A DNA stretch of 24,000 bases, taken from assembly GCF_003576375.1 (NCBI RefSeq), contig NZ_QWGE01000006.1:67704-91703 (forward strand), given 5' to 3'. Position numbers and translations under genes: made by a program. The DNA is from Pontibacter oryzae. GTDB taxonomy: Bacteria; Bacteroidota; Bacteroidia; Cytophagales; Hymenobacteraceae. Shown here one piece after another: positions 7,699 through 15,194 of the stretch (its first letter is position 1; each line of letters starts with the position of its first letter). The notes beneath the pieces were generated by a model that was not told where the DNA came from, searched no databases, and saw only the letters and a program-made list of their open reading frames with translations.

Positions 7699-10296
7699 AT
7701 GGAAGCAAAATTCTCAAACCGAGTAAAAGAGGTCATCTCGCTTAGCCGGGAGGAAGCTATCCGGCTCGGTCACGATTACATCGGCACTGAACACTTGGTG
7801 CTGGGTATGATTCGGGAAGGAGAAGGTACGGCCATTGCTCTGCTTAAGAAGCTTGGCGTTTCGATAGATGAATTAAAGTACGCTTTAGAACAGGCTACAC
7901 GAAATACCGCTACGCAAAGCAGCAATATTACGGGCAGTATCCCTCTCACGAAGCAGACCGAGAAGGTGCTGAAAATCACGTATCTGGAGGCTAAAATCTT
8001 CAAGAGCGATATTATCGGCACAGAGCACCTCTTGTTATCCATCCTTCGGGATGAAGACAACATTTCTTCACAAATTTTAGGGAAATTTAACGTGAACTAC
8101 GAAGCAATAAGAGACTCGCTGGATTATCATAGCAATAATCCACTGGCGTCGTCAGACACAGATGATTCTGACGATTCTGACAAATTGTTTGGCAGCTCCT
8201 CCTCGCGCTCTGGCAGCAGTTCCAGTAAGAAAGCTGGCGAAAAATCACGCACACCAGTGCTGGATAACTTTGGCCGCGACCTTACCAAGTTAGCCGAGGA
8301 CGACAAGCTGGACCCAATAGTTGGCCGTGAAAAAGAAATTGAGCGCGTAGCTCAGGTTCTAAGCCGCCGCAAGAAAAATAACCCAATCCTGATCGGTGAG
8401 CCGGGCGTTGGTAAAACAGCAATTGCCGAAGGCCTTGCCCTGCGTATTGTTCAGAAAAAGGTAAGCCGCGTGCTGTTTAACAAGCGTGTGGTAACCCTGG
8501 ACCTTGCCTCTTTGGTAGCCGGTACAAAATACCGTGGCCAGTTTGAGGAGCGTATGAAAGCCGTGATGAACGAGCTCGAGAAGTCTCCGGATGTGATCCT
8601 GTTCATTGATGAGCTGCATACCATTGTGGGTGCTGGTGGCGCTTCTGGTTCTCTAGATGCCTCTAACATGTTTAAGCCAGCGCTTGCCCGCGGCGAGATC
8701 CAATGCATCGGGGCCACTACCCTGGATGAGTACCGCCAGTACATTGAGAAAGATGGCGCATTAGCCCGTCGTTTCCAGATTGTGATGGTAGACCCTACTA
8801 CGCCAGAGGAGACTATCGAGATCCTGAATAACATTAAGGATAAGTACCAGGATCACCACCACGTTAATTATACCGATAAAGCCATTGAGGCCTGCGTGAA
8901 GCTATCAGACCGCTACATGAGCGACCGCTTCCTGCCAGACAAGGCTATCGATATTCTGGACGAGGCAGGTGCCCGCGTGCACATCAACAACATTGTGGTA
9001 CCAGATGATATCCTGAAGCTGGAAGAGCAGATCGAGAACATCAAGGTGGAGAAAAACCGCGTGGTGAAAAGCCAGAAGTATGAAGAGGCTGCCCAACTGC
9101 GTGATAAGGAGAAAAAACTCATCGACCAGCTCGAAACTGCTAAAAAGAACTGGGAAGAAGAGACCAAGAAGAAGCGCTACCAAGTAAAAGAGGAAAATGT
9201 GGCAGAAGTTATTGCCATGATGACAGGTATACCGGTTAAGCGTATCGCACAGAAAGAAGGTGTGAAACTTCTGAATATGGGCGAAGAGCTGAAAGGCAAA
9301 GTAATCGGCCAGGACAAAGCGATCGGGCAGTTAGTAAAAGCTATCCAGCGTACGCGTGTGGGCCTGAAGGACCCGAAGAAGCCGATTGGTTCCTTTGTAT
9401 TCCTTGGCCCAACGGGTGTAGGTAAAACGGAGCTTGCCAAGGTGCTTGCCACTTACCTCTTCGATAAGGAAGATTCTTTGGTGCGTATCGATATGAGTGA
9501 GTACATGGAGAAATTCAGCGTGTCTCGCTTGGTGGGAGCGCCTCCGGGGTATGTTGGTTACGAAGAAGGTGGTCAGCTTACCGAGAAAATCCGCCGCAAG
9601 CCATACTCTGTGGTATTGCTGGATGAGATTGAGAAAGCGCACCCGGATGTGTATAACCTGCTCTTGCAAGTGCTGGATGACGGTATCCTTACAGACGGAC
9701 TTGGCCGCAAGGTTGATTTCCGTAACACCATCATCATCATGACTTCCAACATCGGAGCGAGAGATCTACAGGATTTTGGTGCCGGTATCGGTTTCATGTC
9801 GAAGAGCAAGCAGGAGAACGTGGACGATATCATGAAAGGCACTATTGCAAGCGCCCTGAAGAAAACGTTCTCGCCTGAGTTCCTTAACCGTTTGGATGAT
9901 GTAATTGTGTTTAACTCGCTTAACCGTGAGGACATGCATAAGATCATCGAGCTGTCGCTTAAGAAATTGTTTACTCGCGTAGAAAGCCTTGGCTATACTA
10001 TCGAGCTGACAAAAGAAGCGAAAGACTTTGTAGCTGAAAAAGGCTATGATCCGAAGTATGGTGCACGCCCGCTTAACAGGGCCATCCAGAAGTATATCGA
10101 AGACCCGATTGCTGAGGAAATTCTTAAAGCCGAGGTGAACCAGGGAGACGTTATCCAGGTGAGCCATAAGGAAGGTGAAGAAACGCTGACTTTTGTTTCT
10201 AAGAAATCAGGAAGCAAAAAGGTAAAAGGAGCTTCTGATGAGGCCGAAGAGACAGAGCCAACCAAGTCATCTGATTCTGATAAGACGAAAGAATAA
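7699..10296 (+). CDS. clpC: ATP-dependent Clp protease ATP-binding subunit ClpC (class I AAA+)
   Basis: It has two Clp_N repeats (IGTEHLVLG / IGTEHLLLS) and two Walker A sites ([16 protein letters not shown]). A UVR-like motif ([15 protein letters not shown]) sits between D1 and D2, and the sensor/ClpB_D2-small C-terminal region is present. Confidence 0.92.
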   Translation: MEAKFSNRVKEVISLSREEAIRLGHDYIGTEHLVLGMIREGEGTAIALLKKLGVSIDELKYALEQATRNTATQSSNITGSIPLTKQTEKVLKITYLEAKIFKSDIIGTEHLLLSILRDEDNISSQILGKFNVNYEAIRDSLDYHSNNPLASSDTDDSDDSDKLFGSSSSRSGSSSSKKAGEKSRTPVLDNFGRDLTKLAEDDKLDPIVGREKEIERVAQVLSRRKKNNPILIGEPGVGKTAIAEGLALRIVQKKVSRVLFNKRVVTLDLASLVAGTKYRGQFEERMKAVMNELEKSPDVILFIDELHTIVGAGGASGSLDASNMFKPALARGEIQCIGATTLDEYRQYIEKDGALARRFQIVMVDPTTPEETIEILNNIKDKYQDHHHVNYTDKAIEACVKLSDRYMSDRFLPDKAIDILDEAGARVHINNIVVPDDILKLEEQIENIKVEKNRVVKSQKYEEAAQLRDKEKKLIDQLETAKKNWEEETKKKRYQVKEENVAEVIAMMTGIPVKRIAQKEGVKLLNMGEELKGKVIGQDKAIGQLVKAIQRTRVGLKDPKKPIGSFVFLGPTGVGKTELAKVLATYLFDKEDSLVRIDMSEYMEKFSVSRLVGAPPGYVGYEEGGQLTEKIRRKPYSVVLLDEIEKAHPDVYNLLLQVLDDGILTDGLGRKVDFRNTIIIMTSNIGARDLQDFGAGIGFMSKSKQENVDDIMKGTIASALKKTFSPEFLNRLDDVIVFNSLNREDMHKIIELSLKKLFTRVESLGYTIELTKEAKDFVAEKGYDPKYGARPLNRAIQKYIEDPIAEEILKAEVNQGDVIQVSHKEGEETLTFVSKKSGSKKVKGASDEAEETEPTKSSDSDKTKE

Positions 10297-10313
10297 CCCA
10301 TTGAAGCATATTG

Positions 10314-10345
10314 AAAAAGGCTACCTAATTAGGTAGCCTTTTTTC
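10314..10345. terminator. Bidirectional rho-independent terminator between clpC and the AI-2E permease
   Basis: AAAAA-GGCTACCT-AATT-AGGTAGCC-TTTTTT. The stem is perfect (8-9 bp) with a 4-nt loop, an A-run upstream and a T-run downstream, and it lies between convergent genes. Confidence 0.85.
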
Positions 10346-10500
10346 GTTGTGGCTGGCTTTTATACTTTCTTAGGCTTTTAGTAAGCAAATGTATCACTTG
10401 TTCACTCAAACAGAAAGCTTGCTATCATGGTAATCCACGACTTGAAGATTCACGGAAGGTTATAGTATCCTTAAGATTTGTATTTTGCCCCAAGTATAAA

Positions 10501-11547
10501 TTACCTATCGTTTCCATTGCCCAGCAGCAGCGACAGCGGGCGCATGCTTAGGTGCTTATCAGCGATTAGTTTAAGTATAGCCAGGAAAGGTATAAAGAGG
10601 ACCATACCGGCGGCTCCCCAAAGTATACCGCCGGCTACTATGGCCAGCAATGTAAAGAGCATGTTCACCTGAAGCCGCGCGCTAACGGCCCACGGAAAAA
10701 TGAGGTTGGCCTCCAGGTATTGCACCGCGCCAAACACCAGCACCACGCCCATCGGGTACCATAGCGAGTCATAGGTTATCCAGGCAACTGCCATCGGGAG
10801 TATAGCTCCAATCGAAATGCCCACATAAGGTATAAACGTAAGTATGGATGCCACCACGCCAAAGAAGAGCGCATGCGGCACCCCGATCATGTATAGCCCC
10901 AAACTGTTTAGAATGCCCACAATAACATATACAATCAGCATCCCTTTGATAAAATTATAATACGTGGTAATAGTTTCGTGGAGGATTTGCCGGATTTTAT
11001 GATGCTCGTTTTGTGGGAATAAAGAATTTAAGGCTCTGGCGAGTTGCTCCCGGTTGTAAAGTATGAGCGCTACGTAAATAGGGATAAGTATAAACAACAC
11101 CACCGATACGGCTGAAGTGTACACCACATCCTGCACCGTGGCAAATGCTGAAGACGCGACATTTCCGGCTATACTTTCTACCCAGGCTACTTGCCGCGCC
11201 GCATCAATGCCGTAGTGCTGTTCAAGGTATGCACTTAGGTTTTGCCAACTCAGAAGCAGTTTTTTTTGAAGTGCAGGCCATTCCTCCCCGAAGCGCAGCA
11301 TCTGTTTGAACAGTATGAACGCAAGTCCGCCAACTAAAACCATAAGCAGCAAAAGGCAAAGCGAGATAGCAAGCCAGCGCGGCCACTTTTTTAGCTCCAG
11401 CCAGCGGCAAATAGGATACAGTACAAAACTTATGAGCAGCGCAAAGCTTAGCGGAATAAAAAGCGAGCGGCCCACATACAACACTATGCCAACAAGCACG
11501 GTGTATTGCAGCCATTTCAGCCAGTTAATTGCTGAGCTATTGTTCAT
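10501..11547 (-). CDS. AI-2E family transporter (PerM/YhhT-like permease)
   Basis: Polytopic membrane protein of about 348 aa with family-typical helices and a C-terminal GLYMIGVPHALFFGVVASILTFIPYVG...GAAGMVLFIPFLAILK region. ATG 11547 (MNNSSAINW...) is preferred over the upstream TTG at 11577. Confidence 0.8.
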   Translation of the reverse strand: MNNSSAINWLKWLQYTVLVGIVLYVGRSLFIPLSFALLISFVLYPICRWLELKKWPRWLAISLCLLLLMVLVGGLAFILFKQMLRFGEEWPALQKKLLLSWQNLSAYLEQHYGIDAARQVAWVESIAGNVASSAFATVQDVVYTSAVSVVLFILIPIYVALILYNREQLARALNSLFPQNEHHKIRQILHETITTYYNFIKGMLIVYVIVGILNSLGLYMIGVPHALFFGVVASILTFIPYVGISIGAILPMAVAWITYDSLWYPMGVVLVFGAVQYLEANLIFPWAVSARLQVNMLFTLLAIVAGGILWGAAGMVLFIPFLAILKLIADKHLSMRPLSLLLGNGNDR

Positions 11548-11640
11548 AGAAATGCTATATTTGTTTAGCAAAGGCAAAACCTGCTTCTGCCTGTTTCCAT
11601 CTATACTTCACCTAAAAACAAATCTTTATACCTGTATACC

Positions 11641-12939
11641 ATGACGTATAAATTCGCCGCCCTTGCCCTGGCCTGTGGCTTCGCCACTACCCTATCCGCT
11701 CAAAATATCAACAGCATTACACAGGAGCAAACTACAAGAATCGTATCTACGCTTAGTTCCGACGACATGCAGGGCCGTGCTTCGTTTACGCCTGGCATAG
11801 ACAAAGCGGCTAAATTTATTCAAAATGAGTTTCAGCGCGTAGGCTTACAGCCCTTGCCAGGCAAAAACAGCCTAATGCAAACTTTTGAAGTATACCGCGT
11901 GGCCCCAGTTGCTTATAAGGCAAAGCTGGATGGCCAGGACGTTGCCCCGGAAAACATCTTCGCTACCACAGAAAAAACAAAAATCAGCTGGAAGCAGAAA
12001 AATAAGAAGGCGTTAGTGCGTATCAGTGAGGCCGATGATTTTAGAGCTGCCCTGCGTAATTTAAAACCTGATGAAGACGCGCTAGTGTTAGTGCACCCCA
12101 AGCACACTGAGATCTTTAAACGCTACCAGCATTATCTAGGCGAAGGAAGCGTAAAGCAAAAGCTGGGAGAAAACACCAGCCGCGTGTTTATACTTACAGA
12201 CCAGCAAACGGAGCCATCCAAGTATAAAATTGAGGTGAAGAATACTATCGAGAAGCTGCCGTTAACCAATGTGGCCGGCATGATTGAGGGCAAGCGCAAA
12301 GATGAGTTTGTGGTGTTTTCGGGCCACTACGACCACATTGGCATTCAGGAAGCCGTAGAAGGCGACAGCATTGCCAACGGCGCCGACGACGATGCAGCGG
12401 GCACCACTGCCATGATGATGCTGGCCGAGTACTACAAAAAGCAGCCACAGCCGGAGCGCACACTTCTTTTTGTGGCCTTTGCCGCAGAAGAGATCGGTGG
12501 TTTTGGATCTAAATACTTCTCGGAGCAGCTGAACCCAGACCAGATCGTGGCTATGTTTAATATTGAGATGGTGGGCAAACCTTCCAAATTCGGCCCAAAT
12601 AGCGCCTACCTCACCGGCTTTGAAAAGTCTGATTTGGGCAAACTGATGCAGAAACGACTAGAAGGCACGGCATACAGCATCCACCCCGACCCATACCCGG
12701 AGCAGAACCTGTTCTACCGCTCCGACAACGCCACATTGGCCCGCCTCGGTGTACCGGCCCATACTATTTCCTCGGTGCAGATCGATCAGGACAAAACGTA
12801 CCACACCGTAAACGACGAACTGGAGCAGCTAAACATGGAGCACCTCACCAACATGATCCGCGCGGTTGCCCTGGCTTCTGAAGGTGTAGTTAACGGCGAG
12901 GATACACCAACGCGAGTGGATAAATCGCAAGTGAGGTAA
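11641..12939 (+). CDS. Secreted M28 family zinc aminopeptidase
   Basis: Signal peptide (ALALACGFATTLSAQ) and M28 metal-ligand blocks: SGHYDHIG, GADDDAAGT, AAEEIGGFGS and a late H (YHTVND). Confidence 0.85.
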   Translation: MTYKFAALALACGFATTLSAQNINSITQEQTTRIVSTLSSDDMQGRASFTPGIDKAAKFIQNEFQRVGLQPLPGKNSLMQTFEVYRVAPVAYKAKLDGQDVAPENIFATTEKTKISWKQKNKKALVRISEADDFRAALRNLKPDEDALVLVHPKHTEIFKRYQHYLGEGSVKQKLGENTSRVFILTDQQTEPSKYKIEVKNTIEKLPLTNVAGMIEGKRKDEFVVFSGHYDHIGIQEAVEGDSIANGADDDAAGTTAMMMLAEYYKKQPQPERTLLFVAFAAEEIGGFGSKYFSEQLNPDQIVAMFNIEMVGKPSKFGPNSAYLTGFEKSDLGKLMQKRLEGTAYSIHPDPYPEQNLFYRSDNATLARLGVPAHTISSVQIDQDKTYHTVNDELEQLNMEHLTNMIRAVALASEGVVNGEDTPTRVDKSQVR

Positions 12940-12954
12940 ATTTAGTATGTGAAC

Positions 12955-12991
12955 ATCCGGTTATCAGCTGTATTTAGCTAATAACCGGAAT
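12955..12991. other. Imperfect hairpin at the left edge of the cassette array (possible terminator, degenerate attC, or attachment-site remnant)
   Basis: ATCCGGTTAT (12955-12964) pairs with ATAACCGG(A)AT (12981-12991), leaving one bulged A. It lies 16 nt after the peptidase stop and 19 nt before the first cassette junction, GTTGTAT (13010). Confidence 0.4.
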
Positions 12992-13037
12992 AACTCCTTA
13001 TATACAGTAGTTGTATGGTATAGCAAGTCATTAAAGA

Positions 13038-13418
13038 ATGAAAAAAATTTTACTACTCTTCATATGCTTACATCTATACTTTGTAGCCTCTGCACAAGAT
13101 GGAACTGACAGAACAAAGCTTGGGGTAGAGTATGCTAAGCGGGAATTAGCTGACGCACTAAAAAATAATTCACAGAAGCAGATACTTGTAGAGAAGGTTA
13201 TCAAGGATAAACCGACAGCTATTAGTGTGGCAGAAGAAATGCTGTTCAGTATTTATGGAAAAGAGAACATCGTTAGGCAGCGACCTTACGAAAGCCATTT
13301 GATTGACGGTTACTGGGTGCTTAATGGAACATTGCCGAAAGATTGGGTAGGAGGAACATTTCTTATAATAATTAACTCAACTGACGGCAAAGTAATCAAG
13401 TTGACGCACGGAAAATAA
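13038..13418 (+). CDS. NTF2-fold immunity protein (Imm-NTF2 / YbbC-YhhH-like), with signal peptide
   Basis: The motif series AISVAEEMLFSIYGKENIVRQRPYESHLIDGYWVLNGTLPKDWVGGTFLIIINSTDGKVIKLTHGK matches my recollection of the polymorphic-toxin Imm-NTF2 family. The N-terminal leader is MKKILLLFICLHLYFVASAQ. Confidence 0.7.
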   Translation: MKKILLLFICLHLYFVASAQDGTDRTKLGVEYAKRELADALKNNSQKQILVEKVIKDKPTAISVAEEMLFSIYGKENIVRQRPYESHLIDGYWVLNGTLPKDWVGGTFLIIINSTDGKVIKLTHGK

Positions 13419-13428
13419 GAACAACACC

Positions 13429-13495
13429 ATACAACAAAGTGCAGCACTTAGCCTCGGCTTTGCCTCGCCTATTGGCTGCACAAGTAACGTTGGTG
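13429..13495 (+). repeat. attC-like site 1 (67 bp)
   Basis: ATACAAC-AAA-GTGCAGC-[ACTTAGCCTCGGCTTTGCCTCGCCTATTG]-GCTGCAC-AAGTAAC-GTTGGTG. The inner stem is a perfect 7 bp, with outer AAC...GTT. Confidence 0.7.
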
Positions 13496-13515
13496 GTAAC
13501 TGAAATTATAGAAAA

Positions 13516-13947
13516 ATGTACGCAGACGACTATAAATCATGTGAAGAAACCTTTGTCACTCTACGAATTTTCTATGATGCTCAACCGCCAGACTATGTAT
13601 CTGATTTCTTGAAAATAACCCCTTCAAGGACACAAGTAAAAGGAGAAGAGCTGAGTAATAGAAGTAAGTATACTTCTAACGGTTGGTTTTTAAGTTCAGA
13701 AAGAGCAATAACTTCAAAGGATGCAAGAAGGCATATTGATTATCTTTTAGACCAGATTTTACCACTAAAAGAGAAGATTGACGAACTACAGAAAGGCAGC
13801 GCTCAAATTGACATCACTTGCTATTGGGTATCAAAAACCTGCAATGGCGGACCTACTTTATCGAATCAGCAGTTGAAAAAGTTAGCAGATTTAGGTGTGG
13901 ATTTCTGGTTCGACTTTTATTGCAGCGATGAGTTAGACGAAGTATAG
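13516..13947 (+). CDS. DUF4279 domain protein
   Basis: 143 aa. The pattern F.TLRIF...P..V...L.I.P....KGE......NGW.L.S......D....ID.LL..I.....I..L......IDI.CYW....NGGP.L......L...GV.FWFD.Y fits my recollection of the DUF4279 layout. Confidence 0.55.
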   Translation: MYADDYKSCEETFVTLRIFYDAQPPDYVSDFLKITPSRTQVKGEELSNRSKYTSNGWFLSSERAITSKDARRHIDYLLDQILPLKEKIDELQKGSAQIDITCYWVSKTCNGGPTLSNQQLKKLADLGVDFWFDFYCSDELDEV

Positions 13948-13967
13948 AAAAAGAAGAAAACAGCAGC

Positions 13968-14036
13968 CACCAACAAGGTGCATAATTTAGGCTTCGGCTT
14001 ACGCCTCACCCACATTATAGCACGAGACCGTTAGGT
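13968..14036 (+). repeat. attC-like site 2 (69 bp)
   Basis: CACCAAC-AAG-GTGCATAAT-[TTAGGCTTCGGCTTACGCCTCACCCAC]-ATTAT(A)GCAC-GAGACC-GTTAGGT. The inner stem is 9 bp with one bulged A, and the core fits GTTRRRY. Confidence 0.7.
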
Positions 14037-14055
14037 GCAACCGTAAGAAAGAAAA

Positions 14056-14511
14056 ATGACCTTTGATAAAATTTTTTCTGATTCATTTGACACGTTTAAA
14101 GTATTTGACAACATGGATGTGGCAAAAGCCAGTCATCAAGCTGGTAATACTCCAAAAAGCCTTTGGCAAATCTTAAATCATATAACAGTCTGGCAAGAAT
14201 TCCAATTGAACAAATTAAAAGGGTTAGACTCTACGGACATTGAAGAATTGGATACTTGGGAAAATGACCCTGTTGTTCGTGACCAAAGATTATTACAGCA
14301 AACTATCAATACTTTCAATAATCAGATTGAACAGATAAAAAATGAAATCCAAACATTATCTACTGAAAGTAACGATATAGAGAAGAAGTTAAAGATAGTA
14401 CAAGACCTATCAGTCCATCTATCATTTCACCTAGGAGAGATGGTTTTGCAAATGCGGCAAAACGGACATTATCCGATGCCGAGTGAAATGAAGGAATATT
14501 TAGCCAGCTAA
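14056..14511 (+). CDS. Small cytoplasmic protein, possibly DinB-superfamily four-helix bundle
   Basis: 151 aa. SLWQILNHITVWQEF and the C-terminal LSVHLSFHLGEMVLQMRQNG resemble the DinB His-containing helices (H...H.GQ-like). Similarity was judged by eye only. Confidence 0.4.
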   Translation: MTFDKIFSDSFDTFKVFDNMDVAKASHQAGNTPKSLWQILNHITVWQEFQLNKLKGLDSTDIEELDTWENDPVVRDQRLLQQTINTFNNQIEQIKNEIQTLSTESNDIEKKLKIVQDLSVHLSFHLGEMVLQMRQNGHYPMPSEMKEYLAS

Positions 14512-14521
14512 AAACGGCTGT

Positions 14522-14590
14522 ACCTAACCACGCATATACTCCACGCTTCGGCCGACGGCCTCGCGCACCGCCTATACTAGTCCGTTGAGC
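14522..14590 (+). repeat. attC-like site 3 (69 bp)
   Basis: ACCTAAC (fits RYYYAAC) ...CGCTTCGGCCGACGGCCTCGCGC... GTTGAGC (fits GTTRRRY). The inner pairing is weaker than in the other sites (TATA/TATA plus flanking pairs), but it shares the GCTTCGGC...GCCTCGC core with sites 1-2. Confidence 0.6.
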
Positions 14591-14646
14591 TTAATAAGAA
14601 TTTATAGACCTTCGTTGCCTGAAGGCAGAGGTGAACCATAGCACTA

Positions 14647-15048
14647 ATGCAAAAGCTTAGCAAAAAATCAAGGACTCTAATTGTAGCTGGTGCAGTTATA
14701 TTATTGCTGTTACTATACTTTCGAAGTATAAAATTAGAAAAGGGAAATAAAAAAGAACAAGCACAAGCAGTAGCAACAATAGCAGAATTGAAGGCAGGTT
14801 ATCGAGGTGGCATAACCATGACTTATAGATTCTTCTACAAAAACAAGAGGTACTCAGGAACAAGAAAAGTATTTATCAGCAGTTCATATATTAAAAGGTT
14901 CAAGGACAAACACTTTACAGTCGTCTTTAATAAACTTGAGCCAAGTAAAAACCGGCTGTTACTATTGGCTAAAGATTTCGAAGAGTTTGACGTGGCCTAT
15001 CCAGATAGTTTGGAATGGATAGAAGTTTTGAAAAGAAAGTCTCTATGA
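14647..15048 (+). CDS. Small N-terminally membrane-anchored hypothetical protein
   Basis: 133 aa. A single TM helix (TLIVAGAVILLLLLYF) is followed by a Lys/Tyr/Phe-rich beta-type domain. No family was recognised. Confidence 0.5.
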   Translation: MQKLSKKSRTLIVAGAVILLLLLYFRSIKLEKGNKKEQAQAVATIAELKAGYRGGITMTYRFFYKNKRYSGTRKVFISSSYIKRFKDKHFTVVFNKLEPSKNRLLLLAKDFEEFDVAYPDSLEWIEVLKRKSL

Positions 15049-15075
15049 CACCTATAAAACCTGAAGAATTACTGA

Positions 15076-15129
15076 GCTCAACAAAAACTATAGGTTAGCG
15101 TTGCCACCCTATAGCCCAGACCGTTAAAT
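15076..15129 (+). repeat. attC-like site 4 (54 bp)
   Basis: GCTCAAC-AAAAA-CTATAGG-[TTAGCGTTGCCAC]-CCTATAG-CCCAGACC-GTTAAAT. The inner stem is a perfect 7 bp, and both outer 7-mers fit RYYYAAC/GTTRRRY. Confidence 0.7.
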
Positions 15130-15158
15130 TATGCACGAGATGTTAAGCACAAAGTAAC
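15128..15158 (+). repeat. Partial attC 3'-half fragments at the array end
   Basis: ATTATGCACGAGATGTTAAGC (15128-15148) parallels the 3' half of site 2, ATTATAGCACGAGACCGTTAGGT. The following GCACAAAGTAAC (15147-15158) parallels the 3' half of site 1, GCACAAGTAAC. Confidence 0.55.
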
Positions 15159-15160
15159 TG

Positions 15161-15192
15161 AAAAGCGGCTCCCACTCAGGAGCCGCTTTTTT
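15161..15192. terminator. Bidirectional rho-independent terminator
   Basis: AAAA-GCGGCTCC-CACTCA-GGAGCCGC-TTTTTT. The stem is a perfect 8 bp. It lies 3 nt from the stop of the minus-strand EEP gene and closes the plus-strand cassette array. Confidence 0.85.
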
Positions 15193-15194
15193 AT

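Larger units (their letters stand above)
13010..15148 (+). mobile_element. Integron-type gene-cassette array (4 cassettes plus terminal attC fragments); no integrase in the window
   Basis: There are four ORF-plus-palindrome units of 479, 541, 554 and 539 bp. The core site at each unit's 5' boundary is the reverse complement of the inverse-core of that unit's own 3' palindrome: 13010/13429, 13489/13968, 14030/14522 and 14584/15076. The region is AT-richer than its flanks. Confidence 0.75.

Noticed and set aside
8140-8250. Acidic and Ser-rich low-complexity insert in ClpC ([28 protein letters not shown]) and the Lys/Ser/Glu-rich C-terminal tail
   Set aside because: A flexible low-complexity linker between the N-domain and D1 is, to my knowledge, common in Bacteroidota ClpC homologues. 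Nothing indicates an insertion event or a frameshift.
7776-10301. Many 84-133 aa ORFs overlapping clpC, mostly antisense; likewise within priA (16628-18709), rluE (2526-3050) and the EEP gene (15240-16043)
   Set aside because: All are nested in strongly supported conserved genes and have no start context or family resemblance. They are frame-shadow artefacts.
13429-15129. Regularly spaced repeats considered as a possible CRISPR array
   Set aside because: The spacing is about 540 bp and each interval contains a full ORF. The repeats are only partly conserved in sequence, are internally palindromic with AAC/GTT ends, and have no cas genes nearby. This fits attC sites, not CRISPR.
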